Below, in pieces: positions 63,352 to 64,000 of a stretch of 64,000 nt of DNA (the first letter of the stretch is position 1; every line of letters begins with the position of its first letter). A program made the position numbers and the translations under genes. A model generated the notes under the pieces. The model saw nothing but the letters and a program-made list of their open reading frames with translations, searched no databases and was not told the DNA's origin. This DNA comes from a virus (Duplodnaviria; Caudoviricetes), in IMG/VR virus record IMGVR_UViG_3300029288_000082, positions 64,001 to 128,000 of that record. The stretch is one strand, 5' to 3'.

Positions 63352-63928
63352 TTTCAGCGAGCAACCCTTTGATTTCTTTTAGGCTTTTTCGCCCAAGCAT
63401 CTTTGATGCAACCAGATCCTCCTCGGTACAAAGGATCAGCTCGCTGATCATTTCGATGCCCATTCCCTGCAAGCCATTCATCGAGCGAACGGACAACTCC
63501 AGATCCTCGACACGACCGCCCGGCAACTCCTTGACCTCGGCAGCACGGTCCCTGCGCCTCTCGGCTCTCTTCCGGCGAACAGACACAGTCGTTGAAGTAA
63601 CACCATGCTCCCTGGCGACCTGCGATTGGGTCTTTGTGCGCAGCTCATCCAGTAGCTCTTCGTCGGTCAGCCACATCTTCCTGGAAGAGCAGCCTCTATG
63701 GCAGAACCGCGCGTTTGGATTGGTCGTCGTGAACGTCTTTCCGCACCGACAAACGACCGTCCTGATCTTCGGCCCAGCGAGCTTCCATGCCAGACGCACC
63801 AGGCCATTCGCCTGATCCACGGCGATCTTCCCTTGCTCCTCGAAGCCCGCCACCTCGACGGCGCGGATCGCCCCCTCGCACGCCTCGGCCCACACTTCGA
63901 TGGGCGTTCTTTCTTCGTCGTTTGTCAT
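63329..63928 (-). CDS. Zinc ribbon-HTH-RNA polymerase alpha-CTD fusion protein
   Basis: CRCGKTF..FCHRGC; TQSQVAREHGVTSTTVS; VEDLELSVRSMNGL...I.EL...TEEDL...LGRKSLKEIK. Confidence 0.85.
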   Translation of the reverse strand: MTNDEERTPIEVWAEACEGAIRAVEVAGFEEQGKIAVDQANGLVRLAWKLAGPKIRTVVCRCGKTFTTTNPNARFCHRGCSSRKMWLTDEELLDELRTKTQSQVAREHGVTSTTVSVRRKRAERRRDRAAEVKELPGGRVEDLELSVRSMNGLQGMGIEMISELILCTEEDLVASKMLGRKSLKEIKGLLAENGMQLRR

Positions 63929-64000
63929 GCTACCCGCCTCCTTGCCTGCCGCTCCTCCCAGAGCTGCCTGAGCCACCCAACCGCCTCCGCGTGCGTGTTG

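Noticed and set aside
1-64000. tRNA, rRNA, integrase, reverse transcriptase, inteins
   Set aside because: None recognised by eye; tRNAscan, Infernal or HMM searches would be needed to exclude them.

Overview
A GC-rich fragment of a large contractile-tailed (myovirus-like) phage or prophage, with almost all genes on the minus strand. In transcription order (right to left) it has: small early-type genes (an HTH-RNAP alpha-CTD protein, a multi-HTH protein, a DUF1566/CLec protein, a putative ADP-ribosyltransferase-fold protein, a lipoprotein); a contractile-tail module (terminator-like protein, sheath, two tube proteins, frameshifting chaperone, tape measure, hub, spike, wedge, J-like protein, fibres/spikes); an amidase endolysin; a GT2-TPR glycosyltransferase near a collagen-like protein; and a promoter-driven operon ending in a bL12-CTD protein, pncB, nadE, pncA and a vWA gene cut by the window edge. 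I recognised no capsid, portal, terminase, protease or replication genes. Main signals: (1) a phage PncA-PncB-NadE deamidated NAD+ salvage set, distinct from NARP1/NARP2; (2) twelve dispersed copies of the 16-bp palindrome GCG(A/C)ACACGTGT(T/G)CGC, mostly at gene junctions; (3) about ten otherwise unrelated proteins sharing a T4-like capsid-targeting leader ending in E-A/G; (4) two transposase-less tnpB elements with inverted ends and a shared 3' motif; (5) five copies of a GTTGACAAACGC sigma70-type promoter. All assignments come from reading motifs by eye; no database search was run.
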